Shown: positions 38,778 through 49,334, counted from the stretch's first letter. The stretch: 64,000 nucleotides of DNA from an uncultured Flavobacteriales bacterium (GCA_943788405.1 CALSQD010000001.1:457200-521199), one strand, 5' to 3'. Numbers and translations: made by a program. Notes: generated by a model from the sequence alone, not told the origin.

Positions 38778-40088
38778 TTACAAACTAGCTTCTCCAAAGT
38801 AAAATTCCAATACTTTCAGTTTGAAAATATAATTGTATTTGGTTTTTATCAATTCTGATTGTGCAGCCTCATACCTTTGTCCTGCTTGTAAAAAATTAAA
38901 GGTATTCATTCCTCCATTATCAAAACGCTCTTTAGCATAATCATAAGCTGATTTTCTTGCGGCAAGTGTTTTTTCAGCTGCTTGATAGGCTTTTAAAGAA
39001 CCTTTAGCATCATTATAAGCTTGGTTAATTGTATTTTCTAAATCCAACTTTACTTGCTCCAAAGCATAGGTTGATTTTTGAATACCAATTTTACTTCTTT
39101 TGATATTGGTATTATTCCCCATTCCATTAAAAATAGGAATAGACAATTGTAGTCCAAAATTCTGTCCTGCATTCCTATCCAACTGATGTGATATATCACT
39201 AGGGTCATCAAAAAGAACTCTAGAATTATAAGAATAGAAACCGCTTAATTTTGGCAGAAGAATACCTCTTGCAATAGCCAAGTCTTTTTTTGCAATTTTA
39301 AGGTTTGTTTCAGCTAACCTTACATCATTTCGCTTACCTACAGCCGTGTTATATATTGTATTTACAGGAGTATTTAATATTGATGAACTTGTATTTAAAT
39401 CCTGGTTTTGTGCAATTTCAAATTGATCAACATCTTTTATTAAAAGTAATTGTGCCAAGGCAATTTTAGAAAGTTGATAATTGTTTTCGGCCACAACAAC
39501 ACCTTGTTCAATAGTAGCAACATTGGCTTCAATTTCCAGTACATCTCCTTGTGGGATTATTCCTGTTTTTAAGCGTTCCTTTGCAATTATTAATTCTTCA
39601 TTGGCTACATTTAGTTGAGATTTTTGAACCCCTAAACTTTCTTGATTAAATAGGATTTGCAAATAAGAATTAGCAACTAGCAATGAGATGTTTTCTTTCA
39701 TATCAGCCAATTGATATTGACTAGCCAGAATACTAAGGTTAGCACGGTATAATTGCTGTATGTTTTGCAAGCCATTAAATAAATCAATTCCTACATTCGC
39801 GTTCATGGAGGCCGAACGAGTAGTCATGTTTTCCAAAATTCCAGTTGTAATATTTTGGTTAAGTCCCACATTCCAAGAGTGTGAAGCTCCTAAGTTGAGG
39901 TTTGGTAAAAAGTTAGCAATAGCTGTAGTTTTATTTAGGCTTGTGCTTTTTAAATCAGCTTGCGATTGCTTAATAGAAATGTTTTTATCAATTGCACGCT
40001 TTACACATTTTTCAAGTGTCCATACTTCTTGGGCTTGTATGTTAGTGCTTAAAAATAGTAGGAGTATGCTAAGTTTTAATATTTTCAT
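38778..40088 (-). CDS. TolC-family outer-membrane efflux protein
   Basis: Signal peptide MKILKLSILLLF...AQE and two TolC-type repeat halves. Last gene of the ABC-MFP-OMP operon. Confidence 0.85.
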   Translation of the reverse strand: MKILKLSILLLFLSTNIQAQEVWTLEKCVKRAIDKNISIKQSQADLKSTSLNKTTAIANFLPNLNLGASHSWNVGLNQNITTGILENMTTRSASMNANVGIDLFNGLQNIQQLYRANLSILASQYQLADMKENISLLVANSYLQILFNQESLGVQKSQLNVANEELIIAKERLKTGIIPQGDVLEIEANVATIEQGVVVAENNYQLSKIALAQLLLIKDVDQFEIAQNQDLNTSSSILNTPVNTIYNTAVGKRNDVRLAETNLKIAKKDLAIARGILLPKLSGFYSYNSRVLFDDPSDISHQLDRNAGQNFGLQLSIPIFNGMGNNTNIKRSKIGIQKSTYALEQVKLDLENTINQAYNDAKGSLKAYQAAEKTLAARKSAYDYAKERFDNGGMNTFNFLQAGQRYEAAQSELIKTKYNYIFKLKVLEFYFGEASL

Positions 40089-40098
40089 AATCGTATTT

Positions 40099-41217
40099 TT
40101 AATGTAGTTCAATACTTACTCCTGATTTTTTTTCAGGTTCAGTTTCGTTCCAAATTTTTATTTTATCCTCCTTAGTAACACCCGAAAGAATTTCGGCATT
40201 TACTCCATCAGATAGCCCAAGCGTTATTTCCCTTTTTTCAAATTCTTGCTCCCCAACTTCTACCTCAATATAAGCTTCTTTGGTTTTTAAGTCATATTGT
40301 AAAAGTGCCTCACTAATAGCAAGTACGCTATCTCTTTTTTCAGTTATAATTGAAGCATTAGCACTGTAACCTGCTCTTACAAAGTATTCGTCATCCAAAT
40401 AAACTTCTCCTTCTATTTTGAATTGTACAGCTCCTGCTTCCTCTATCCCTTTAGGTGCGATAAACTTTAGTTTTGCAGCATATTCTTTATCCTCAATAGC
40501 AGCAAGTGTAACTACAAGTGGCATGTCTTGTGCCAATTTTCCTACTTCTGCTTCATCCACCTTTCCTTCAAAAATCATGATGTTCAAATCAGCAATAGTG
40601 GCAATAGTTGTACCTGCATTAAAGGTATTTGCTTGTATAACTTGATCCCCTTTTTTTACTGGAATTTCAAGTACTGTCCCTGTTACTGTTGCACGAATAT
40701 TAGTGTTAGCTATGCTTGATCCTCCTGCTGAACCGAGCTTGATAATTTGTAAATCACTTTTTGCATTTTCCAAATCCTGTACGGATTGATTGTATTTCAA
40801 TTCAATGTTACTGTACTCTTGTTCTGATATAATTCCTTTTGAAAATAAAGTTTTATTTCTATCAAACTCTGATTGCATATTGGTTAAGATATATTCCGAA
40901 TTTTTAACACGCCCTTGTGCATTGTTAAGGCTCTGTTCGTTCGGTACAACTTTAATGGTTGCCAATAAATCCCCTGCTTTTACTTGCTCTCCTTCTTTCA
41001 CTAAAATCTTTTCAATGATTCCTGTAATTTGAGGTTTTATCTCTACTTCATCTTCAGGAATTACTTTTCCTGTAGCTACTATTTTATTTTCAATAGTTGT
41101 CACTGTAAGGTTAGAAGTTTCGTAATCCACCAAGGCCTTACTATTGGATTTAATAAAGAAGGCACTTGCGTATACAATGCCAAAAAATAAAAGTGCTATT
41201 CCGATTTTTTTTTTCAT
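40099..41217 (-). CDS. Efflux membrane-fusion (HlyD/MacA-like periplasmic adaptor) protein
   Basis: 372 aa with an N-terminal anchor, a lipoyl-like GEQVKAGDLLATI, a coiled-coil hairpin and a beta-barrel domain. Confidence 0.85.
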   Translation of the reverse strand: MKKKIGIALLFFGIVYASAFFIKSNSKALVDYETSNLTVTTIENKIVATGKVIPEDEVEIKPQITGIIEKILVKEGEQVKAGDLLATIKVVPNEQSLNNAQGRVKNSEYILTNMQSEFDRNKTLFSKGIISEQEYSNIELKYNQSVQDLENAKSDLQIIKLGSAGGSSIANTNIRATVTGTVLEIPVKKGDQVIQANTFNAGTTIATIADLNIMIFEGKVDEAEVGKLAQDMPLVVTLAAIEDKEYAAKLKFIAPKGIEEAGAVQFKIEGEVYLDDEYFVRAGYSANASIITEKRDSVLAISEALLQYDLKTKEAYIEVEVGEQEFEKREITLGLSDGVNAEILSGVTKEDKIKIWNETEPEKKSGVSIELH

Positions 41218-41253
41218 AGTTATATTATTTATTGTTATTCTTTTAGTTGTTTA

Positions 41254-42519
41254 TTATTCTTCTCTTAATGCGTCAATAGGTTTTATGCTTACTGCCCTAT
41301 GTGCAGGAATTAGCCCAATTAATGTTCCTAAAACTACCATTAAAAATAAGGCTCCTAATATATAAGGAATAGGTACGGTTGGGTTGGTGAAAGGTAAGTC
41401 GGTCATATTTTTTGTTACAATATTTATTCCTGAAAGGACTAAAGCGCCAAGTATAATTCCAATAATTCCTGCAATTACTGTTAGAAAAACAGATTCTAAC
41501 ATAATTTGTGTTTGTATTTCTTTTGGAGTTGCTCCTATTGCTCTTCTTATGCCTATTTCTTTTGTCCTTTCTTTCACAGATATAAGTAGGATATTCCCAA
41601 TTCCGATAATCCCCCCTATAATAGTAGCTAAACCAATTACCATGGAAAGGAAAGTTATTCCTGATGCAAACTGAGTAATTTGTTTAAACATTTTACCAAT
41701 ATTAAAGCCTCCTAATGCTCTTTTATCATTAGGGCTTACATGATGCAATTTTTTTAAGACTTCACGGATATCAGCTTCTACTTTTACAATATCAGCTTCA
41801 GGGTAAGCGGAAACTAGCAGGAAGTCAACATATTCCCCTGTATTATATAGCCTTTCATAAGTAGTAAAAGGAATAAATATATCTCCATCAGTGTCAATTG
41901 GGCCGCTTGTAATAAATTTATTCACACCAATGATCTTGAAATAAATTCCATTGATACGGATAAATTTTCCAATTGGGGTTTCATCTTCTTCAAATAGTTC
42001 TTGTAAGGTTCTCTCTCCAATCACACATACTTTTCTTTTATTTTGAATGTCAGATTCATTAATAAACCTTCCTCCCTTAAAAATATTTTTGGTAGTAATA
42101 GTTGTGAGAATTGGAAAGTCTCCATAAATGTTATAGCTTCCTTTTTTTTGACCATTTACAAGTTGAGCTTTAGAGCCTCCAAAAACACCACTACTATTTC
42201 TAGGGGCAATATGCTGAATTTCAGGAATTCTATTTTTTAGAGCAATAACATCACTGAGTTTAAAATTTATCGATCTTCCTGTTTTAAAGCCATCATAAGG
42301 AACTGAGGTTGCTTCCCCCCAGATAAATAAACTATTGGAAGATATGCGTTCAAACTGTCTTTCAAAACCATTATCAACTCCTTTAGCAGCACCTGAAAGT
42401 ACTATGTATAAAAAGATTCCCCAAAGTACGCCAATAACTGTAATTATAGTACGCACTTTATTCTGCCCTATAGAACTGAAAATCTCTTGCCAAGTATCTT
42501 TATCAAATAGTATTTTCAT
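41254..42519 (-). CDS. ABC transporter permease (MacB/FtsX-like)
   Basis: N-terminal TM helix, large periplasmic domain and a C-terminal FtsX 3-TM bundle with KERTKEIGIRRAIGA. Confidence 0.9.
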   Translation of the reverse strand: MKILFDKDTWQEIFSSIGQNKVRTIITVIGVLWGIFLYIVLSGAAKGVDNGFERQFERISSNSLFIWGEATSVPYDGFKTGRSINFKLSDVIALKNRIPEIQHIAPRNSSGVFGGSKAQLVNGQKKGSYNIYGDFPILTTITTKNIFKGGRFINESDIQNKRKVCVIGERTLQELFEEDETPIGKFIRINGIYFKIIGVNKFITSGPIDTDGDIFIPFTTYERLYNTGEYVDFLLVSAYPEADIVKVEADIREVLKKLHHVSPNDKRALGGFNIGKMFKQITQFASGITFLSMVIGLATIIGGIIGIGNILLISVKERTKEIGIRRAIGATPKEIQTQIMLESVFLTVIAGIIGIILGALVLSGINIVTKNMTDLPFTNPTVPIPYILGALFLMVVLGTLIGLIPAHRAVSIKPIDALREE

Positions 42520-43752
42520 TTATTCGTCTCTTAGGGCAATAATTGGTTTTATTCTAGCTGCCCTCCTTGCTGGAAGATAACCTGCCAATGCACCAAATAC
42601 AATAAGAATAATAGTGGCAGTTATGGCTGTAGATAATTCTATATAAGGATTGGTGATGTAGTATTCTGCTTCTAGGGTATCGCCAATTAAACTTAATGTA
42701 GCAATACCAATAATAAGCCCAAAATAACCTGAAAAAGTAGTGATAAAAATGGCTTCTTGTAATATCATAGCAATAATACTTCTTGGGCTTGCCCCAATAG
42801 CTTTTCGTATTCCTAATTCTTTGGTTCGTTCTTTCACTACAAACACCATTATATTACTTATTCCAATAATTCCTGCAATTAGAGTACCAATTCCAATAAA
42901 TGAAATTATCCACTGCAATACACTAGCAAATTGTTGGTTTTCTTTAAGATTATCAGCTACATTACGAATATATATTCCTCCTCTATCTCTTGGGGATATA
43001 TCTTTTCTTGCTTTTAAAAATCTTTTTAGTTTTTGTTCAAATTTAACTGCACCTGCATAACCAATTTCTGGTTTGTAGCTTAGGATGATTTCGTCTATCT
43101 TATCGGTATTTTTCTTTATTTTTTGTAAGCTTGTATAAGGAATATAAACGGTTCTCTCTTCCCTGTCTCCACCATCATCTTGGAAAACTCCAATTACTTT
43201 CCAAGTATGTCCGCCTCCATCAATATATTTTCCAATTGGATTTTCATTTTCAAATAAATCCAGTGCTACTAAACGCCCAATTACAGCATGCCTCTTTTTA
43301 TGAGTAATATCATCTTCATGTAAAAAACGCCCTTGCATCATTATTGTCATTTCATTATATTGATGAGACGGGCTGACTGCTCTTATTGGGTAATTATTGC
43401 TTTTATGTTTGTACTTTATATTGGCATAATCATAAATCCTAGGGCTAATGCTCTCCAAATATTCCTCAAAATTATCAGTAATGGCTTTTAAGTCAGCATT
43501 ATCAAATTCTATTCTTCTCCCTGTTTCATACCCTTTAAATGGCTCGGTAGTTCTCCCAGAAAAGATGAACATACTATTGGTGTTGTCATCATTAAAGAAT
43601 TTTTGAAAAGTGTTGCTTAGGCCATTTCCAAATCCAAAGAGAATAACAAAGATGAAGATTCCTAAAGCAACCGTAAAACCAGATAAGAAAGTCCTTAACT
43701 TATTTTTACGAATGGTATCAAAAATTTCTATCCAGCTGTCTTTATTGAACAT
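42520..43752 (-). CDS. ABC transporter permease (MacB/FtsX-like)
   Basis: Same architecture as its neighbour, with KERTKELGIRKAIGA. Confidence 0.9.
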   Translation of the reverse strand: MFNKDSWIEIFDTIRKNKLRTFLSGFTVALGIFIFVILFGFGNGLSNTFQKFFNDDNTNSMFIFSGRTTEPFKGYETGRRIEFDNADLKAITDNFEEYLESISPRIYDYANIKYKHKSNNYPIRAVSPSHQYNEMTIMMQGRFLHEDDITHKKRHAVIGRLVALDLFENENPIGKYIDGGGHTWKVIGVFQDDGGDREERTVYIPYTSLQKIKKNTDKIDEIILSYKPEIGYAGAVKFEQKLKRFLKARKDISPRDRGGIYIRNVADNLKENQQFASVLQWIISFIGIGTLIAGIIGISNIMVFVVKERTKELGIRKAIGASPRSIIAMILQEAIFITTFSGYFGLIIGIATLSLIGDTLEAEYYITNPYIELSTAITATIILIVFGALAGYLPARRAARIKPIIALRDE

Positions 43753-43755
43753 GAG

Positions 43756-44448
43756 TTAAATCGCCTTTTTTTGGTTTACTAAAGTGTCCTCTACAATTAC
43801 ACCATCTTTTAGGCGTACTACTCGTTTGCACATCAATGCAATTTCTTCCTCATGAGTTACAACAAGTATTGTTTTTCCCTCATTATTTATTTCTTGTATC
43901 AGCTTCATTACCTCATTTGAGGTTGTGGAATCTAAAGCTCCTGTTGGCTCATCAGCTAATAAAACTTTGGGTTGACTTACCAATGCTCTGGCTATGGCAA
44001 CTCTTTGTTTCTGCCCTCCTGAAAGTTCACTTGGCAAGTGTGTTGCCCATTTTTTTAATCCAACTTTCTCTAAATATTCTAAAGATTTTTCTTGCCTTAC
44101 ATCTCTTTTTTTTCCTTGATAATATAAAGGTAGTGCAACATTTTCCAAAGCGGTTTTATAATTGATAAGGTTAAAAGATTGAAATATAAAACCTAAAAAT
44201 TTATTGCGGTATTTGGCAGCTTTGGTTTCATCTAGGTTTTCAATAGGAACATTGTCAAGCGTATAAGTTCCTTCATTTGCAACATCCAACATACCTATAA
44301 TATTTAGTAGTGTAGATTTCCCTGAACCTGATGACCCCATAATAGCTACTAATTCACCTTCCCCAACCTTGAAATCAATTCCCTTTAATACATGTAGGGA
44401 GTTTTTTCCCATTTGGTAAGATTTATGAAGGTTTGTAATGTTTATCAT
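43756..44448 (-). CDS. ABC transporter ATP-binding protein (MacB/LolD-like)
   Basis: Walker A GSSGSGKST, signature LSGGQKQR and Walker B LLADEPT. Confidence 0.95.
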   Translation of the reverse strand: MINITNLHKSYQMGKNSLHVLKGIDFKVGEGELVAIMGSSGSGKSTLLNIIGMLDVANEGTYTLDNVPIENLDETKAAKYRNKFLGFIFQSFNLINYKTALENVALPLYYQGKKRDVRQEKSLEYLEKVGLKKWATHLPSELSGGQKQRVAIARALVSQPKVLLADEPTGALDSTTSNEVMKLIQEINNEGKTILVVTHEEEIALMCKRVVRLKDGVIVEDTLVNQKKAI

Positions 44449-44468
44449 AGTTATTGCTTTGTTGATGG

Positions 44469-44476
44469 CAAAAGTA
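44469..44476 (-). promoter_or_regulatory. -7 box TAnnTTTG (tacttttg), 20 nt upstream of the ABC efflux operon
   Basis: Exact consensus match on the minus strand. Confidence 0.5.
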
Positions 44477-44603
44477 AATAAAATATAGTACTATGCAAAG
44501 CAAAGTACCTAAAAATATATTTACTATATTTAAAGTTAAAATATTAAAGTAGTTTTTTCAATAAAATTGAAAACGAAAAGACTAATAATATATTGTAATT
44601 AAG

Positions 44604-46535
44604 TTAGTAGATTTTATCAGTCTCCTTTCTTTCTACCCAATCCCCATGTTCTTTTATAAGGTCAATTAAGGCAGTTACTGCCTTTTCTTCAGAGATATTT
44701 TTTTCTACAACAGTTTGTTCTTTGTAAAGGGTGATTTTTCCTTTTCCGGTACCTACATAACCATAATCGGCATCTGCCATTTCTCCAGGTCCGTTTACAA
44801 TACAACCCATAATTCCTATTTTCACTCCTTTTAAATGATCAGTTTCTTTCCTGATTTTTGCAGTAGTTTCTTGCAAGTCAAAAAGAGTTCTTCCACAACT
44901 TGGGCAAGAAATATATTCTGTTTTAGAAATTCTTGTTCTGCTGGCTTGCAATATTCCGAATGCTAAGGAATTTACAGATTGGTCAGATCCACAATTTTCT
45001 GCTGCAATAAATATACCGTCTCCTAATCCATCTAACAATAAAGCCCCAAAATCAGCACTTGCTGAAAGTTGTAATTGTTCGGAAGATAAATCGCCATAAG
45101 CCCTCCCAATTACTACAGGAGTTTTTATTCCATTATTCATTAGTTCTGTGAATAATTTTCTTTGTTCGGCTATACCATTTTCGTTATAAGTATCTATCAT
45201 CAAAACAGCTGTTGTATCTGTTTTTAGTTTGGCAAAAAGTTCCTCACTCAAATCAGAAAGACATACATAAACTACATTCAATTTATCAGATAATTCCGTT
45301 TCATCTAAATAATCGTTTATCGTTAAAAACGGATATCCTTTTTTGTGTTCTAGCCATTTTTTGTAATTGTAAATAATCCCTAAAGTTCCAGGCACTTCAA
45401 AATCTACCTCATGATTTCCTACAAAAACATAATCGGCTGCCATATCGGTAAGGTGCCATTTATCTAAAGGAACAGAGTAGTTAGAGCCAATTCCAAAAAA
45501 GGATGCTGGAGTAATTTTTTCTTTTAGGCAGAAATCCGCCATTACAATCGGAACATTTTTACCTCCAATATTCAGGACTTCATTTGTTTCCCTTCTTACA
45601 TAATCAAAGGAATGTAAAGGGTTTTCTATAATCTCATCTATTTTTTCATGTCCTTCAACCCCTTCAAAATGAGATAATAATTGCTTTGCAACAGGCATCT
45701 CAAATTCTGGAGCTTCTGTTAAAGAAACCCTAATAGTTTCTCCTAGTCCATCTGCTAAAAGTGTACCAATCCCAACTGCTGATTTTATTCTTCCATCTTC
45801 TCCTTCCCCAGCTTCTGTTACTCCTAAATGTAATGGGTAATTCATGCCTTCTTTTATCATTCCGGCTACTAACATACGGTAAGCCTGTACCATTACTCTG
45901 GTGTTAGAAGCTTTCATGGAAAGAATAATTTCATGATAATCTTCATCACGGCAAATACGCAAAAACTCCATTGCCGATTCAACCATTCCTTTTGGTGTAT
46001 CTCCATAACGGCTCAAAATCCTATCGGATAAAGAACCATGGTTTGTACCAATTCGCATAGCGGTACCATGTTCTTTACAGATTTTTACAAGAGGAATAAA
46101 TTTCTCTCTTATTCTGATAAGTTCTGCATTGTAACTTTCATCCGTATATTCTATGTCTTCAAACTTCTTTTTGTCGGCATAATTTCCAGGATTCACCCTT
46201 ACTTTTTCTACAATTTTAGCAGCTATTTCTGCAGCATTTGGAGTATAATGAATGTCGGCAACAATAGGTGTATTGTACCCTCTTTTTGCTAATTCATCTT
46301 TTATGTTTTGTAGGTTATGTGCCTCCTTTTTGCTAGGAGCTGTGATACGCACTAATTCGCAACCCGCCTCTATCATTCTTATGGACTCTTCCACAGTTGC
46401 AATAGTATCCATAGTATCGGTGGTAGTCATGGATTGCACACGAATAGGATTATCTCCACCAAAAATTAAATTTCCTACTTTTACTTCTCGCGTTTTAAAT
46501 CGAGAATATTGAGTTAATGAATTGCAATATTTCAT
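44604..46535 (-). CDS. ispG: 4-hydroxy-3-methylbut-2-en-1-yl diphosphate synthase, long form with inserted domain
   Basis: 643 aa with N-terminal TIM-barrel motifs (VQSMT), a C-terminal CPSCGRT ... GCIVNGPGE Fe-S domain and a large central insertion. Confidence 0.9.
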   Translation of the reverse strand: MKYCNSLTQYSRFKTREVKVGNLIFGGDNPIRVQSMTTTDTMDTIATVEESIRMIEAGCELVRITAPSKKEAHNLQNIKDELAKRGYNTPIVADIHYTPNAAEIAAKIVEKVRVNPGNYADKKKFEDIEYTDESYNAELIRIREKFIPLVKICKEHGTAMRIGTNHGSLSDRILSRYGDTPKGMVESAMEFLRICRDEDYHEIILSMKASNTRVMVQAYRMLVAGMIKEGMNYPLHLGVTEAGEGEDGRIKSAVGIGTLLADGLGETIRVSLTEAPEFEMPVAKQLLSHFEGVEGHEKIDEIIENPLHSFDYVRRETNEVLNIGGKNVPIVMADFCLKEKITPASFFGIGSNYSVPLDKWHLTDMAADYVFVGNHEVDFEVPGTLGIIYNYKKWLEHKKGYPFLTINDYLDETELSDKLNVVYVCLSDLSEELFAKLKTDTTAVLMIDTYNENGIAEQRKLFTELMNNGIKTPVVIGRAYGDLSSEQLQLSASADFGALLLDGLGDGIFIAAENCGSDQSVNSLAFGILQASRTRISKTEYISCPSCGRTLFDLQETTAKIRKETDHLKGVKIGIMGCIVNGPGEMADADYGYVGTGKGKITLYKEQTVVEKNISEEKAVTALIDLIKEHGDWVERKETDKIY

Positions 46536-48749
46536 TTATATTTTTACTACTTTTTTAGTTATTTCCTCTTTTGAATTGGAAATTTTTATGAAATAAATTC
46601 CATTTTCAAATTCGTTTAAGTTCAAAGTTTCAGAGATAAAACCTTTATTAGAAATTGTTCTAGTAAGTATTACTTTTCCAAGGTTGTCCTGAAAGGTGAT
46701 ATTTGTTTCTCCATCTGACAACCCTTCAATAATTAGGTTATTTTTTGTAGGGTTTGGAAATATATCCCAATTATTATCTGTATTTATAGTTGTAGTTGTT
46801 TGCCCATAACCAACTGTAAATTGGTGGATAATATTAGTTCCAAAATCAGCATTAAATGGTTTTAACCAGCTAGCTCCAATTTCACGAAATCTTACTATTC
46901 CTCCTCCATCATTATTTGCCCAAAAGTCTAAACCATCTTCATCAGTATCAGTCATTATAAAAGTATAACAACCTGGGGTAAAAGTTAAAGTATCTCGATA
47001 ATCCGTGTTTGCTAATAAATTTCCGCTACTAATAGATAAGTTTCCGTTTTCATCATAGAAATCCCAGGAAGTTTCAGATATTTGTGAAGAATTAATTACC
47101 CCTCCGTTTGTATTTACCCAAAGGGTAAAAGTTTCAGGATATTGGGGTACATATTCAAATTCACTTTGCATAGTATTATTTGCTAAATAATCATCAGCTT
47201 GTCCATTTGGGTTTTTAAGTGTTACTTCAAAAGTATTTTCGCTTCCTGCCCAATTTGTAAGATTTGGTAATTCTACTTCTTGTGTTTCTAAAAAGGCAAG
47301 GTTCCCTGTCCAGTTAAAAGTATGCACTGAGCCACCTACAACTTTATATTCAATATCTAAAGTAGTTAATGGTGAGCTTCCATAATTTCTAATTGTAATT
47401 AAAGGCTTGCCACAAATAGGATTTTTTCGACTATGTTCATCCTTTAAAGAAGGCTTTATAATATCAATAATCTCTACAGAATTACTAAAATTTGCTTCTT
47501 CATATTGAAATAATTGACATTGAATAATATAAGAAGGAGTTTGTGTTCCGCTCCAAGTATAAGATTGGAAATCAACATTAATTTCTATAGAATCTCCAGC
47601 AGTAATATGTGGTGTTATTTCATGGTCAAAAGCTTCAGCTCTTGTTCCAGGACACCAATTTGCCCTATCATAAATCCAAGTTCCTCCCTGTGGATAAATA
47701 GGATTTTCACCACATTTGTCATCCCAATTGTATTGAGTATGGGTTAAGTTCCCATCAATATTTACATAGTAGTTTATAGGTTTAAATTCTGCAGCTACTT
47801 GATTATTATCAAAACCATGTCCTGTTGTTACCATTTTTACCATTGCAGCTTTACTGTTTGGTTCAATAAATTTAGTTTGTGCAGTTAGTTTATTGGCTTC
47901 AAAATCAGTTGATGAATTATAGTTGTATCCTCCTGAATAAATATTTTCCATTTTTACTACATCTCTTGCAGGTGTACCTTCAATAAATTCAAAATCGAGT
48001 GTTGCACTAAATCCTGATGACCAACCACTATAATGACATCTTATTTCTACAGAATCTCTAAGGATTTGAATAAAGTCTGTTACATCAAAAGTAGTTGTGA
48101 ATTCCCAGTTGTTTGCTAAACCACTTCCGTAAGGTGTTATAACACGCGCTAATTCATAGTTTTCAATAACATCAAAAACTTGATACCAACTATGATAAGT
48201 AAGGTAAATTGATGTGTTAGCACTAACAAAATTAGAATCAATAATATTTCCTAAACTATCAAATTCCATATTGTAAAAATTAGCCATCCAACCATTTGTA
48301 GTGTCGGTAGGAGTTGTTGGGTTATTGGCATCATTAAATTCTATTATTTCATAATGCGTGTAAAGTGTGGAATCTAATGTATTTGTTATGGTGTCCCAAA
48401 AATGAAAATAAGTTGAATCACTGCTGTAATGAATAGAGTCAGTTGCTGTACCATTCACTGTAAATAAAGGTGCAGTTTGTAAGGAAGAATCAATTGCTCC
48501 TGTTCTATGGCGAACAAATATTTGAGAGGTATAATCCCAATCAGAACAACCACCAGTTGCACAGCCCATAGTATAATGTAAATAGACTTTTCTATAATCT
48601 TTTGTTGCATCAGGGAGTACGCCCCACTCATCATAATTTCCGTACCAAGTCATATCGGTATGATCATGAATACGAACGGTAGTTGTGTCGCCAGCAAAAA
48701 GACTAAGGCTAAAAATAAGAGTAAATAAAGTAAGTAATTGTTTTTTCAT
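46536..48749 (-). CDS. Secreted PNGase F-like domain protein with additional beta-sandwich domains and a T9SS CTD
   Basis: Start set at MKKQLLTLF (signal peptide). GGCSDWDY, ITPYGSG, TTGHGF..AAEF and CGENPIYPQGGTWIYDRANWCPG parallel the PNGase F motifs CDEWDR, ITPYWVG, GWGH..CAEW and CSANPINNQSPGNWAPDRAGWCPG (from memory). C-terminal FPNPTKNNLIIE...GIYFIKI. Confidence 0.7.
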   Translation of the reverse strand: MKKQLLTLFTLIFSLSLFAGDTTTVRIHDHTDMTWYGNYDEWGVLPDATKDYRKVYLHYTMGCATGGCSDWDYTSQIFVRHRTGAIDSSLQTAPLFTVNGTATDSIHYSSDSTYFHFWDTITNTLDSTLYTHYEIIEFNDANNPTTPTDTTNGWMANFYNMEFDSLGNIIDSNFVSANTSIYLTYHSWYQVFDVIENYELARVITPYGSGLANNWEFTTTFDVTDFIQILRDSVEIRCHYSGWSSGFSATLDFEFIEGTPARDVVKMENIYSGGYNYNSSTDFEANKLTAQTKFIEPNSKAAMVKMVTTGHGFDNNQVAAEFKPINYYVNIDGNLTHTQYNWDDKCGENPIYPQGGTWIYDRANWCPGTRAEAFDHEITPHITAGDSIEINVDFQSYTWSGTQTPSYIIQCQLFQYEEANFSNSVEIIDIIKPSLKDEHSRKNPICGKPLITIRNYGSSPLTTLDIEYKVVGGSVHTFNWTGNLAFLETQEVELPNLTNWAGSENTFEVTLKNPNGQADDYLANNTMQSEFEYVPQYPETFTLWVNTNGGVINSSQISETSWDFYDENGNLSISSGNLLANTDYRDTLTFTPGCYTFIMTDTDEDGLDFWANNDGGGIVRFREIGASWLKPFNADFGTNIIHQFTVGYGQTTTTINTDNNWDIFPNPTKNNLIIEGLSDGETNITFQDNLGKVILTRTISNKGFISETLNLNEFENGIYFIKISNSKEEITKKVVKI

Positions 48750-48782
48750 AATTGTAATTTTTAATGCAGACAAATTTAAGGT

Positions 48783-49334
48783 TTAATTTTCAATTTCGGT
48801 AACACCACCTGAAACGATTAATTTCATTATTTCGGAGGACGACTTATCAATTGGGGTTATGTAGGATTTTTCCACTACAAAAAGCTGCCCTGAAAAAGCA
48901 TAAGAATGTGGTAAGTACACTAAAACTTTTTCGCCTTTTATTCCTAAAGAATTCAAATCTTCATTTGTGATAAATCCTATGCGTTCAATTGTTGAGTTTT
49001 CATATAGTTTAATTAAAACGGCCTGATCAAATCCTTTCTTTTTTCCTACAAAAGTTCGCATTAAATCTTTCATTGATGTATAAATAGTTTGTAATAATGG
49101 TGCTTTTTTTAATAAGCCTTGAAAGAAAGAATTGATAGGGCTAGCAATAATTGCCGAACCTGCAAAACCAATAAAGGTAATTAATGCAATAATTGCAATA
49201 AGCCCAAGCCCTGGGAATTGAAAAGGTAAAATTCCATCAATTTTTATGAATGTCCAATACACCACATAAAGAGTTACTGATATGGGAACAATGTATAGTA
49301 ATCCTTGTAAAAAATAATTAATAAATTTTTTCAT
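48783..49334 (-). CDS. DUF502-family membrane protein
   Basis: 183 aa with two N-terminal TM helices and a soluble C-terminal domain (GFITN...VYLPHS). Confidence 0.6.
   Translation of the reverse strand: MKKFINYFLQGLLYIVPISVTLYVVYWTFIKIDGILPFQFPGLGLIAIIALITFIGFAGSAIIASPINSFFQGLLKKAPLLQTIYTSMKDLMRTFVGKKKGFDQAVLIKLYENSTIERIGFITNEDLNSLGIKGEKVLVYLPHSYAFSGQLFVVEKSYITPIDKSSSEIMKLIVSGGVTEIEN

Noticed and set aside
44604-46535. Unusually long IspG (643 aa) with a large central insertion.
   Set aside because: This is the known long-form GcpE/IspG architecture found in Bacteroidota, Chlamydiae and plastids. It is not novel.
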